The notes below the pieces were generated by a model. That model saw nothing but the letters and a program-made list of their open reading frames with translations, was not told the DNA's origin and did no database searches. Shown here in pieces: positions 49,945-63,290 of a stretch of 64,000 bases of DNA. The position numbers and the translations under genes were made by a program. Numbering within the stretch: position 1 is the stretch's first letter; each line of letters starts with the position of its first letter. Location: assembly GCF_001194135.2 (NCBI RefSeq), contig NC_068984.1, positions 38,190,617-38,254,616 on the forward strand. Direction: 5' to 3'. Source of the stretch: Octopus bimaculoides (taxonomy: Eukaryota).

Positions 49945-52900
49945 TACTTTTAGCAAGATTTCATGCTGGTGTCAACCAATTAGCAGAGTGTATGTGAAAT
50001 TTAAAGAGACATGCTTTTGTGAGAACCAACAGAAACAGGTAATTGTTTTGGATTCATTTGGCTGCTTTCAATTCACTCAGTTAAGCATAAAAAATGAAAC
50101 ATGTTGAATTAAAAGTTCTATTTGAATGAGAAATATTTGGCTGAGTCAACATCACTGAAAGGAACAATTTTCCACAGTTTGTGTTTTCATGTATCATTGT
50201 GTCTATGTTGGGCTTTACTCCGATGTAGGTTTCTTGTTCTTATCGGGCTTGGCTTCAATATTTTGCCAGCCTTGGTCTCAGTTGAATAGTTAACAAGAAG
50301 CAAATGTTGTGTGTATATATCTGTTCATTGCATGTTATTGTGAGATAGAAAGTAGCCTTAATTCCAGATAGGAAGTTGGCAGTCATTTCACCAGTTAAAG
50401 AATGATATATATTTGTTGAATTACCAAGTATAAGGTAGTATTTACATCTTTTTGCTTGTAGGGTTAACCTAAGAATTAAATGCTTATTGGTACTGTGTTC
50501 TTGTTGGATCACCAAATATAACTTGGGGTAAAAGTTGATGAAAGAGTGAACCTTAGTTCTTCTTCATCTTCTTTATTTTCCTCATCATTTTCCTAAGGAA
50601 GGATCTCATTGTTATTCATTGTTATCTTCCTCCACACCTGTTTTTAGTATTTTATGTTGAGTCTTCTCATGAAGACTCAGCTTGTTTTTTTTTTCTTTTT
50701 TTTGTTTCTTCCTTTCATATTTTCTCTGATTGTTTGTAGATTTCATCTTAAACTTTATTCTTTTCCCCATTGTTATATGAGAATGGAGTGGTGCCAACAA
50801 AAGGAGATGAGGTACTTGCTCATCAGTTTCTAACAGGGATTTCTGATGCTATCTGCTGAGTCTTGGCTGATGGTGTTCTGGAGACTGGGGTTTGTTCTTT
50901 TTGCTGTCTCAGGTGATCATGACGCGTAATCACGGAGATGAGTTTGAGTCCACAGCTAACCACCTACACTTTTTTCTGCAAAATAGGGATAGTTTATCCT
51001 GTTCAGGCTATATTATTAGCATTATCCTGCGATTGAGAATTTAAAATCACTTCTTTGGCTTTCTAAGACATCTCAACGCTTCTAAAATGCAAACTTCGTT
51101 TGTTTGTTTATGTTTGTCGTAATTTGAATTTGTTATTATTTTTGTTTTTCTCTCATCCTCTCTCTTAGCTTAGTCATTCCAGTTCTTCTAAGTAATCAGC
51201 TCTGAAAGGATGAAAGGATGAAAGGCAAAGTTAACCTTGGCTTTAACGTTTTCTTTTATTCTTAATAACTCTTTCTAAATTAGGCACAAGGCCAACAATT
51301 TTCAAGTGAATGGGACAAAGTGGGGAGAAAGGATCTACAAATGTTGGGACTCACAGAGGAGATGACAGGGGACTGAGGCTCCTGATGGTTTGCTGTGCTT
51401 GAGAAGACAAGTCAAGCTAAATAAAAGCATGGTTGTCCTTGCATACAGGTTCACTGCCTGCACCCCTCTCCAGCTGAGCATCTCTGATTTCACGGTCTTG
51501 TAGGTGCTGGTGCCATGTAAAAAAAAGCACCCATGCTAGTGCTGTGTAAAAGCACCCAGTACACTGTGTAAAGTGGTTGGCATTGGAAAGGGCATCCAGC
51601 TGTAGAAACTATGTTAAAACAGATAGGGTGCCTGAACAGCCCTTCAGCTGGTCAGCAGCTCCAGTCAAACCATCCATCCCATGCCAGCATGAAAAACAGA
51701 TGTTAGATGATGATACTCGACTGGTACTTTATTTTATCAACCCTGAGAGGATGTTTTTGACTGCAGTAGAATTAGAGCTCAGAATGTAAAGAGCCTGAAG
51801 AAATGCTGCTAAGCATTTTGTCAGAGAAGCTGATGATTCTGACAGCTCACCACCTTTCATTTACTCTTTATAACGATGTGGTGATGTGTATGTACTGCAA
51901 TGTTGTTGTTTAGCCCCAAGTTGACCCCAATTATTCAGACTATCCTGTCTCTTAAAGGGTATCAAGGACTACTTAATCTAATGTGCTCTTCCCTTCTTTT
52001 CATGACAGTAAAGTGTTTACTGCTTTTTCTAGCAGGTCAAGCAACAAGGTACAGACTCCTTCATTGACTCACACATAAGTCTAATGTAATGAAGTGTTGT
52101 GTATTTTTTTAGTGTGATACTATGCTTCATGTGAATGTTAAGCTCCATTAAATCTAAATGATACCAATATTCCAATAGTTTCATATCTGCTGCTTAATTT
52201 GTTCCTTTTTGTAGTTGGATAATCCTTCCATCTGGCACCACATGGAGGTAGCCAGGCTATCACATTTTTACTGCAGTTCTTGCTTTTATTATTTTTTGTT
52301 ATTGCTGTTTATTCTTCTTTTTCTTCTCTCTCTCTCTCTCTCTCTCTCCTCACTTTGTTTCCCTTTCTATCCTTTCTCTTCTCATCTCTCACCTTCCCCA
52401 TCTCTCTCTTCTCATTATCCACTTCTCTCTTTCCCTCTTCCATCAATCTCTTTTGCTTTCCTTTTCCACTTTTACTCCTGCTCTTCTGTCTCTGTCTCCT
52501 GATCTTCCTCACTATTTTCCGCTTCTTCCTCTCCTTTTCTCTCTCCTCTCTCTGTCACCCCCTTATCTATTCTCCTTCTCCTCTTCTTTCATTTCCCTTA
52601 CTACTCCTTTCCTTCTCTACCCTCTTTACTATTTTCCCACTACCATACAGTTCCGATATTTATTTACTGTAATTTCATTTGAATTTCTTTGGTGCAGTAT
52701 TGATGATTTTTTTCCCCTTACCTGATACTAACCTATACTTAAATGACAGGTGACTCAAAACAACCCTCTGGATGCAGAGGCAGTGGAACAGTAGTGATGG
52801 TGGTGGTGGAGTGATACGGTGGTAGCGTGATACGGTGGTGGTACAGGGTTGTCAGCTGTTGACACGTTACAAAGGCTAGATCTTCTGTATGCATGTTTAC

Positions 52901-53364
52901 ATGTGTATATATATATGTGTGTACATGTGTGTGTATGTTAGCATTTTTATATACTTGCATGTATATGCATGTGAATATGCATATAAATGTGTATTTATTT
53001 GTATAAATATTTCTATATGCATATAGAAATATGCAAGCATGTTTTTTGTATTTTCATTTGTGTGTACATGTGTGCATGCTAGCCTTTATTTATGTGTGCA
53101 TGTGTATGCATGTGGATATGTAAATAAATGTGTATGTTTACATTTGAATATGTATTTCTTTATGTGTATATACTTGTGTATGCTTTCGTTTGTATAAGTA
53201 TGTTCATGTGTGTAAGTGTATAGGTGTACATGTTTGAATGCATACAGCTATGTATGTATATGTGTGTGAATGTGTATAAGAGTGTATGTTTTAATTTGCA
53301 TATGATATCAGTGTGTGTGTGTGTATATGTATGTGTGTATATTTTCCTTTATATATATGTTTCT

Positions 53365-53419
<55 letters not shown>

Positions 53420-53503
53420 NNNNNNNNNNNNNNNNNNNNNNNNNNNNNNNNNNNNNNNNNNNNNNNNNNNNNNNNNNNNNNNNNNNNNNNNNNNNNNNNN
53501 NNN

Positions 53504-53548
<45 letters not shown>

Positions 53549-54612
53549 TTTATATATGTGTGTATGTGTGTGTGTGTGTGCGCATGTGTATTTTCATTTG
53601 TATATGTATGTCTCTTTTCTCTTTATATATGTGTGTGTGTGTGCATGTGTGTATATTTTTATTTATATATGTATCCCTGTGTACATGTTTTTGTTCATGT
53701 GTATGTATGCATATATGAATGTGAATATGTGTGTATGTCTTCAATAGTATACATTTTTATATGTGTATGTGTTTAGATGTGTATATGAATATCTATGTTT
53801 GAATATGTAAATGCATAGCACAAGTATGTGTATTTTGCATTTCAATATGTTGTGTGTGTGTGTGTGTGTGAGTGTGTGTGTGTGAGTGTGTGTGTGTGTT
53901 TTCTATAATTTTAGCTCACTTCAGCTAGAATCTGTTATGATTTTGGTAATTGATGGAGCACTGCTACAGAACATGTATACGTGAATGTGTGTCTGTATAT
54001 GTGTGTGTGTGTGCATGCTTGTGTGTGTATGCATGCATGTATGTGTATCTGTATATGTGTGTGTAACTATGCTTATGCAAAGAAGAGGTGGGAATGATGC
54101 TTTGAAGAGTTGAGGATCGCATGACAAATTTATGATGTGTTCTATATGAAATTATTTTATGCTTCTAGGTGATAGTGAAGGCTGTTGTGGTGACAATGAT
54201 GGTGGAGGTAATGGTGGTGGTAGTGGTGGTGGTGGTGGTGGTGATACATTGGTTTGAAATTCACACGAATACATATTAACTCTGTCATATGTATATATAT
54301 TATATATCTGATGCATTCATAACAATTATAAAACAACTAAAACAATGAAAAAAAACCTGCATAACGACTAGAATCACTGTTTTAATCTAAAAGTAATATT
54401 AAAATTAACATCATCAGTGATAGCTGTATCATCATCATCATCATAATCATCATCAGTAGCAGCAGCAGTGGTAGTGGTGATACCAGTAGTAATATGACCA
54501 TCATCGTTTTCATCATCATCCTCACCATCGCCACCACCTTCGGCATCATTTCTAGTACCACTTCTGCAACCACCATCACCACCACCATCACCACCTCCAC
54601 AACCACCACCAC

Positions 54613-54656
<44 letters not shown>

Positions 54657-54746
54657 ACATCATAAGCACAAACCTAACCATCACCAACACTAGTAGAACA
54701 CAATTACTGAAAACTGCAGGTATAGAGATGACAATGTTGCAGAAAT

Positions 54747-54878
54747 AGTGACAACGATTGCAGCTGCAGTGATAACACCAGCACAACAGTAGTCACAATG
54801 ATTGCAGCTGCAGTGACAGCAACATCACAACAGTAGTCACAATGATTGCAGCTGCAGTGACAGCAACATCACAACAGT
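54747..54878. repeat. 44-bp minisatellite x3
   Basis: Unit AGTCACAATGATTGCAGCTGCAGTGACAGCAACATCACAACAGT starting at 54747, 54791 and 54835; copies 2 and 3 are identical. Confidence 0.95.
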
Positions 54879-56889
54879 AGTAACAACAACAATTCTGACT
54901 GCTTCATCAAAGATAGTAGGTTGTTATTTGAGGTTAAATTGGTTGCTATTTCTAGTAATTCAAATGATTACATAGATACTTCTGTTTGCCATTTTTTCTC
55001 AAAGATGTAAACAAATGAAGAAATGTTTTAGAATTCAGATCTTTCTTTTAATTAGCTGATTGCTATAAACAAAAACCTCAAACTTGAATGCAAATAATTA
55101 TACAGTATGACAATAAATAGCTAATTTAACGATTATATTTGATATATAGAGCATTAAAAACTATATTGAAATGAATATACATACTAATAAAAATTTATAC
55201 AAGTAAATGCCTAACATTAAGTTGCATTTTCTTTACAAGCATGGGAAACAACTGCTGACATGTTTCATTCTTATTCTGACATTTTCAGCAAAGAATGGTT
55301 CCCCCCTCCCCATATTTGTAAAAGTAGTGATAAATTAATCACTAAGTAAATATACATGATTATGAGCTTGGAACTGTAGTCAATCATAATAAAGGCCTTG
55401 CATATTGAAGAAAAAAATTATGAAATGCAAACTGCCAGTAAAATGTCTTAGCAGTGAACATGACACTCTCAAAAGCTCTGAGTGTCTTTTGTTGTTATAT
55501 TATCAGATTAATGATTCAGTTCATAAGTATGCATACAACTTTGTAATGGTAAAATTGATAGAGTAGATAGCTACTGTAGTGTGAAAATCAAATATTTCAA
55601 AAAGGTGACAGAAAAGATGCAAAATCACAAAACAAACTATTTCTGTTTAAAAGATATTCTTGTCATCTTTATTTTGTTTGGAATTAGAAGTTTGAAGTCA
55701 GAGTACAGACAGCTATACAAGTTGTTGTTGTTGCTGTTGTCTTTTATCATAGGTGGTGAACAAGTCAAGTCATTAGAGTGTTGAACAAAATGCTTTGCAA
55801 TATTTATTCTAGCAGCGAGCTGGCAGAATCTTAAGTACGCTGGGAAAAACACTTAGTGGCCTTTCATCTATCTTTACGTTCTGAGTTCAAATTCGGTCAA
55901 TGTCCACTTTGCCTTTTATCCTTTCATGGGGTCAATAAAATAAGTACCAGTTGAGCACTTGGATCGATGTAGTTAACTAGCAACCACCACTGAATTTGCT
56001 GGCCTTATGCCAAAATTTGAATCCAATGTTTTTCCAGCTCCTTGCACTTTGAGATCAAATCCTGTCAAGGTAACTTTGTGTTTAATCCTTTCTCAGGGTC
56101 AATAATTTGACAATTCCACTAATCTGCAACTGTGAACTAGTGGAATTGTTGTAATATGAGACAAGATGCCTTATGGGATTTATGTTTGTGTTCTCAGTTC
56201 AAATTCTGCCTGTGGGAAGATTTAATCAATTGCCCATTTTAACACTATCATCTGCTCCTTAGTGGAGTCTACTCAGTCCATGCATTCAAATCAAATCTCC
56301 AGTTTGAGGATTCTTCCCCACCACCCCACTCCACCCCCAGTCTCAGAAGTCGTCAAAAAGCTCCCTGGTACTCTCATGCCATCTTGACTAAGTTATAAGA
56401 AAAATACTTGAATTCATCAAGCGAATCTATGTTCAAAGGTATTCCAGCTGTGACTATCCCATTTTTTCTTTTACTCTCAAGAATAATGTATATTATCCAA
56501 CATAAACATTTTTAAGTTGATAGAAATGGCTTGAGGGATATTTGGTTGCTAGATCTTGCATGTCAAGTGGCTACACAGAGGCTCCCTTGCTTGTTTCTTG
56601 TTATAAGCTATTTAAAGCTCTTTCTATCTCTCTCTCTACTTATATATATATACTTTTTTATTTCTGGGTTAATAAGGTTACCAATGGTTTCATGTAGTCA
56701 TCTCTTAACAATTATCAAGCCTGCTGGTACTTGTCTCCATCTTGGATGGTAATTGTTGAGAGATTTCTCTCCACATGAAACTATTGGTAGAATGCAGGGG
56801 TTGAGCATTCATTCTCACTGTTCAATATTAGAATATATATCTATATATATATATATATATATNNNNNNNNNNGCATGTGTTTCTGTGCA

Positions 56890-56938
<49 letters not shown>

Positions 56939-57254
56939 TTGTCTTGACATCACATGGTAGCTGTAAGCAAGAATCAATATTGTACAGACAGTGTTATTCT
57001 TTACCAGTCATTTATGAAAACATGTCTGGCCATGAGGAAACATTACCTTATTTCAAAACAGGTGAGGGCTGGTAATAAGAAGGGCATTAAGCCTTAGAAA
57101 CTCTACCTCCATAAATTTCATCTGGTCCATGGAAACGTAGAAAAGTGGACGTTAAAACAAAGAAGAAAAAGAAGATGATGATTATTGATGATGTTGATGA
57201 TATGCAGTCATTGACCATAAATTACAAAGATTTCAATATATTTTGACTCTTGTT

Positions 57255-57640
57255 TCTCCACTAGTGCTGATCAACATAAGTGCTACTTGGGAAATACCAG
57301 GTACTTTTGGCCCACATGGAAGCATGTTTCCTCCTGTTATCCATGTACCTATCATACCAAATCAGAGGCAAAAAGCCATCCCAACCATACAGTGATTATT
57401 TTATTTTACAACTTGCTGAAGATCTGTTATTCACAATTATATATGCTTTCTTTCTACAGTTCAATAATCATTGCTCTGCTATCCTTTGTAAGTTCAATAC
57501 TAGTCAGGCAGCACCTCAATATCACCTTTCCAACATATCATCAACTCAACAATCAGGCCATCTACACTTTAAGGCAGAAACTTTGCTTTGTTATTACAAT
57601 ACTAGTATACCCATGTCAAAAATCATGACAGTTTTTATAA
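57255..57640 (+). mobile_element. Possible piggyBac transposase C-terminal remnant
   Basis: ADQHKCY (cf. VD.ADQ..SYY), KYQVLLAHMEACFLLLSMYLSYQIRGKKP...FILQLAEDLL (cf. W.KK.F.H.L...NSY.LY...F...LA..L), then RQKLCFV...YPC (Cys-rich domain-like). Weak similarity. Confidence 0.45.
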
Positions 57641-58279
57641 ATGATAGTAAATGGTGTATCCATTCAAAACAATGAGGAAAATCACTGATTAGTTTTTCTC
57701 TTCAAAACTATGAATTTTTTAACAAAAAAATATAATTCATAAATGTGAAACTTTTTATAACAAATCTTTTAATATAAACACATGCATATGCACATTCATA
57801 CACATACACATATATATTAATGTGTGTGTATTTGTGTGTACATATACATATATATATATATATATATATCATGTATGCTCAACCAAGTGACATCGCGCAT
57901 CACATAAGAGAAGCAGCATTTCCGAATATATATATATATATACTTATGGTAGGTTTCTTTCAGTTTCCACTCACAAGGCTTTGGTCACACTAGGACTGTA
58001 CTACACAGTGGAATTGAACCTGAAACCATGTGGCTGGGAAGCAAACAGCTTAACCCTGCAGCCATGTCTGTACCTGACCCACTTAAACCATTCCCACATG
58101 AACACTGAGCTAAAAAGCAAAAATTTCACCATTATCCATGCAGATCGTACTGGCTAAAATAAGAAGGAGCAGCCATTTTTCTCCATTGTTCCCTTGTCAT
58201 GGAAGCAAAGGATTTATTTTCCAATGGTTAGTGTGAATTTGAGTCTGTATATTGTAAAGTTAATAATTTAATCATAGTT

Positions 58280-58990
58280 GATCTCAAAAGATCCCCCTCA
58301 AACACTTCTACAATGCTTTGAAGAGCATCTCAACAAAATCAAGTCTTTTCTTGAAAAACACAACTCTAGGAACACATTAGTGATTTGTAATTTTAATTTT
58401 CTCTATGTGAACAGGCTTACATATATCAAAGCAGGTAAATGCATCTCAACGCCAGACCAAACAGCTGTATAATTACTATTTAACTTCGTGGACGAATTTC
58501 TTCTGTCCCAACTTGTGCTTGAGCCAAAAAGACAAAGCAAAAATGTTTTGGACCTGATATTAACAAACCATTCTAGTTCTATCCACAAATATTTCAGTTG
58601 AGAAAATGCATTTTTGTGACCATGAGGATGTAGTACTACTGCAATCTTTGTTTCCAACATGCCAGAGTCAACTTAGTCCTCTTGTCCTAGTGCACCTGTT
58701 CAATAACAACAATCTACACAAAGCAGACTGGGAAGCATTTAGACAAGATCTGTTATTTATCAACTGGCCTTTGAAGTCTGAGATCATTGTCATAAATACA
58801 TGTTCAAAACATGCTCCAGCAAAACTTATTAACACCAATAGAAGTATGTTCCCAAGGGAGAAAAAAAAAGTATTTATCAGGGAAATCTGAATTAAAAAAA
58901 TCTATAAATTAAAATATTATCACCAGCAACATCCACCATCAACAGCAATATGAAAACTTGAGTTGAGAAAACATCACCTTCAAAACATAC
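58280..58990 (+). mobile_element. CR1/L2-type LINE AP-endonuclease and linker remnant
   Basis: NTLVICNFNF (GDFN-like), NFVDEFLLSQLVLEPKR..KNVLDLILTN, CDHED (SDH-like), LHKADWEAFRQDL. Confidence 0.75.
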
Positions 58991-59153
58991 ATCAACAGAC
59001 ATAGCTGTGTGGTAAGAAGCTTGCTTCCCAACCACATGGTTCTGGGTTCAGTCCCACTGCACGGCACCTTAGGCAAGTGTCTTCTATTATAGCCTCAGGC
59101 TGACCAAAGCTTGTGAGTGGATTTGGTAGATGGAAACTGAAAGAAGCCCATTG

Positions 59154-59188
<35 letters not shown>

Positions 59189-60609
59189 ATGTGTCTTTGT
59201 ATTTGTGTTTGTCCCCCACCACTCCTTGGCAACCTGTGTTTGCATGTGTACATCCTGTAACTTAACAGTTCAGCAAAATAGATCAATAAAATAAGTACCA
59301 GGCTTCTAGAAGGAAAAAGTAAGTACTGGGATTGATTCATTTGACTAAAAATTCTTCAAGGCGATGTCCCATCATGGCCACAGTCTGCTGACTGAAACAA
59401 GTAAAAGATAAAAGATAACCAAAGGGTTGCAGGGGTAGACTGGGTTATTAAATAAAATCAAACACAACCCCAACATGTTTATATCAAACAGTAATTTTGC
59501 TATTTGCTGAATAGACATCAATAAAATAAGTACCAAACTGAAATAGGTCTTAGAAATGAGATGATCGGCAAAAAACTTCTATGGCAGTACTCCAGCATGG
59601 TTGCATTGACTGGAAATCCCAGAAAGTTTCTGTCCTGAAGTGGAATGTTTTAGTAAAATGTTTAATATGATATCTGCAAGGTGAGATGCAATAAATAAAA
59701 CAAGAAGAGAGGTTGGTGCACTGAATGAGTTTGCAGGAAGGGTGACAGGCAGGTTGGTAGTTTAGAACAGCAGATTCCATTGTAATAGTACAGTGGTGGT
59801 GGTGGTGGTAGTAGTAGTAGTAGGAGGAGGAGGAGGGGAAACAGCACGTCTGTAAGTTAGTTGTTTGCACATGTTGGTGAGTGTGTCTTTAGTAGTTTTA
59901 TGGTTTTCTTTTTTAAGTGGTCTAAGATGTTTGCAGGCATAGCAGCAGTACTTTCTCAGATATATGTGTAGTGATCCAATGTAGGTACATACGAACTTTC
60001 TAGAGAATCAGCAATTGGTCAAAGCTGAAATATTTTCTATTCATGAAACTAAATACCAGTCTTTGAGATGCAGATTTTGGCAAAGTTACTATGCATTAAC
60101 TGCTTTGCATATGGCTATATGCCACCTTCTGAGCAATGGCATTGGAAGGTTGGCTAAACTAGGTTGTAGGTAGTTGATAACTTTTAGATGAAATTCTGTA
60201 AGTGCCTGTAACTATACAAATGTAAGAATGATTTCCAGCATACTGTATGGAGGAAACTTACCATTAGTGATCAAAGTTCAACAGACAGAAAACATCATTG
60301 TTGTGAGTACAGTGAAAATATAGATCGTGACATCCCACTGCATTTCTGGTGTAACTCTAATCATCTCAGCTCAACTTGCCACTGACCCAGGAAATCAGGG
60401 ATCAGACAGTGAGACTGGTCAACCAGTACAGCCCCACCCCATCTCTGTTAATCCAAACCCTTCACAAGTCAAACTCAAAATACTTCAGACTATAAACAGA
60501 CACCGGACCTTTCCTCATGGCAAACGAGCTATTAGCATCTCTGCAACAATAAAATACTGCCACTTTCATAGAACCTTGCTCTTGAAAGTGCACAAAATAA
60601 TAGTTATAT

Positions 60610-61015
60610 AGGTGTGGCTGTGTGGTTCAGAAGCTTGCTTAGCAACCATGTAATCGTGGGTTCAGTCCCAATGTGAAGTACATTGGACAAATTTCTTTTA
60701 CTATAGCTTTGGGCCAACCAAAGCCTTGTGGTAGACAGAAAGCAAAAGAAGTATGTGTGTGTGTGATTGTGTATACCTTTGTCTTGACATCATGTGAGGA
60801 TTATAAATGAGTATCATCATCATATAAGTGATGGTGTTCATTTCCAGTTTTCCATGAAAACATCTGGTCATGGGGAAATGTTACCTTACTAAGAAATAGG
60901 TAAGTGTTATTGTCAGGAAGGGCATCTGGCTGTAGAAAACCTGCCTCAACAAATTCTGTCTGACCTCTGCATACAGGAAAAGTGGACATTCAATGATGCT
61001 GATGATAATAAATGA
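60610..61015 (+). mobile_element. Full-length SINE family C: tRNA/CORE-like head with family A-type tail
   Basis: Head GGTGTGGCTGTGTGG...GGGTTCAGTCCC as in family B; tail GGAAGGGCATCTGGCTGTAGAAAA...AAGTGGACATTCAATGATG as in family A. Another copy lies at ~56875-57160. Confidence 0.8.
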
Positions 61016-61194
61016 ATCTCTGGTTGCAACTGTGTCCTCCATTGTGGATATTCTTAAAGAAATGCTGTTGGTCTCCAAGAAGTAGGGGTCTTGGTCATCT
61101 CTGGAAATGAAGAGCAAACAAGACCATATTTAAGGTTGCCATACAAAATAATCAGAATCATATGGCCTAACATTGAGATGTTTAGTTGTGTACC

Positions 61195-61255
<61 letters not shown>

Positions 61256-61309
61256 TATGTGTGTATATATATAGAAAGTGTGTGTGAGAGAGAGAATTTT
61301 TTTCCATAC

Positions 61310-61690
61310 TCATCCTGTGATGAACCTGGACACTTCATCACCAATGTTTCTTGGGGTCAGGTATTTTAGATTTTTAAACATCAGACGTTCTCCTCTCAGA
61401 TGACCCAGTAAGAGTTGATCAAACCCTAGCTTGTGCCCAGTTAGCACTATCCCTCACAGCACTGCCACTTCCAGAGCTTGCACCTTCTAACTTACGGCCA
61501 CATTGAGGCAACCTCTGTGGTCTCCATAGCCAACCTAATGGTTTTCCACTTACTGGACTCTGCATGTAACTTCTGCAGAAGGACTGGCCCACAAACCCTC
61601 TACATCCTTCCTCTATGGGATCACACCTTGCCTGCCAACCAATGCTTTGGCAGAGTTCTACCAGCACAGCATATTTCTTCTCTTGCACTC
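61310..61690 (-). mobile_element. HERO-like (R2 superfamily) non-LTR retrotransposon 3' end
   Basis: EKKYAVLVELCQSIGWQARCDPIEEGCRGFVGQS (restriction-like endonuclease C-terminus, PIEVGCRGF motif), then a 3'UTR GATCAAC...CTGGGTCATCTG...TCTGATG...GACCCCA resembling HERO tails (recollection). Confidence 0.75.
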
Positions 61691-63059
61691 ATTTGTCTCC
61701 TCAATGCAGTCCCTAATGCAAATACTCTTTATTAATATTTGTGACGATTATGCTATTGAAAATAGCGACTTGATTGTCATTTCTCCACTGGAATATTTGT
61801 TTCAAGTAAATTACTATAAACTTCCACAAACTAATAAACTAGTAAAAGAACAGCAGAGATAAATATGTAATGAAATACATTGTTAATCATATATTCACCA
61901 CCCCAAGAAAGGGAAACTAACTTCAAATTCATGTTATATATTCTGTAGAAAATTCTGTGATCCATTGTTAAACTGTTCTTTACATCGGTAATAATCTTGG
62001 TAAAGACATGAAAACATTAAACACTTATAAAAAGGTCGTTAAAGAAATTGTATTTCTACCATTCTATCATATAAACAAGAAAAGTAATTATCTAAAAACT
62101 AGAAAGAGTTATTTCCCTTGGAAATTTATTGCAATGAATACAATGGAAATATGTAAAGTTGTAGGGTACGTAGTTTTTTCGAACATAAACCATTGAAGGC
62201 GCGCCAACAAGTAAACCTCTATGTGGTCGTTCGATTTGGTAGAAATAGCAGCAAAATTTCTTCAAATCTTATCCTATCGGATGATTTGAAACATTCCTAA
62301 AGGTGTTGAGTTACTGGTTTGCTTAATCAGAGCTGACCTGAATCTAAAACAAAAAACTTAACCCTTCTTGCTTCTCTCTGGCTAATAGGTTTATATATCG
62401 TTACCAATTGATTTCTAAGTCACTTATTTTCTTTCTTTTTCTTTTTTAAGTAAGGAAACTGTACTTGTATGGGTTATAGTTTGAAACTTATAGGTGACTG
62501 ACTGTGTGAGCAACTCTATGCCATTGTTTGCTTTTTTTTTTTTAATTTAGCCCTGAATGTAGGTATGTGTAGAAATAACAATGTCTCAGATGTGGTAGCA
62601 GTAGTCTATTGTAGATCTCATTTGATCTTTATAGAGATTCAGAAAATATTGGGGGTGGGACTGCAGTATTTCTTTATCTTATGTATCTGAGGATTTTAAT
62701 GATCAGAGTTAAACATATATCTATACATGTATGTGAAAACCTGTGTAAGTCTTTTTATTGTGTGTGTTGTAGAGTGCCAATTATTCATGCATGCAAGTCT
62801 GCCCTCTCTACATCACCAATGTTGTTCATGGGAAAACGTCCACATTTTAGGGCTAATACATCTTAGCACCAATGTCATCACAGGTATTGCTATTAAAATG
62901 CAATGGACTGGAACAGATGCCATAAGGCATTCTGTTCAATCTTCTAACAGAGAGGTAATATTTATCCCCACTTAAACATGGGTGTTCTATTAGAACAAAC
63001 TATACTGCAGTAGATATCATAAGAGAAACTCTCTTATTGGCTTTTGATGCAAAATTCAC

Positions 63060-63290
63060 TCTTATTTGTACCACTAGTGGAGAGATAAATCTCCACCACC
63101 TCCAGTGCTGAGACCATCAAATTATGTGATTTTGATCATCCTCAGCCTTGTCAATGATGGATGCTTGACCACGAGAGATAGCAATAATTCATCTCCTCAC
63201 CAGCAATATACAGAATAGCGGTGCCAGAAGAGGTGTTGGTGTTGTGATTAGCCAGTTAGCTTCATAAAAAATATTTACTGGCACTGCTAT
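63060..63290 (+). mobile_element. Possible RTE-type endonuclease N-terminal remnant
   Basis: LTSNIQNSGARRGVGVVISQLA (cf. TSSA..N....GGVG.L.S). Confidence 0.3.

Noticed and set aside
52215-52725. Leu/Ser/Phe-rich ORFs resembling membrane proteins (also 33270-33850, 40536-40852, 41798-42085, 43588-44027)
   Set aside because: Pyrimidine-rich low-complexity tracts or repeat UTRs, open in several frames.
54168-54258. Terminal exon GDSEGCCGDNDGGG...DTLV* after a good acceptor
   Set aside because: Mostly (GGT)n simple repeat, similar to other non-coding tracts such as 34930-34970.
60255-60611. GC-richer ORF 60327-60611 and minus-strand donor ATG|GTAAGT
   Set aside because: No recognisable protein; the minus-strand frames contain stops; cannot be told apart from an old repeat.
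61330-61420. Hammerhead ribozyme in the HERO-like 3'UTR
   Set aside because: CTGATGT is present but the GA and GAAA core positions and stem II are not intact.
62772-62953. Open plus-strand exon-like segment (ECQLFMHASL...SSNRE)
   Set aside because: Several frames are partly open, the donor is weak, there is no recognisable motif, and it is adjacent to a probable LINE remnant.
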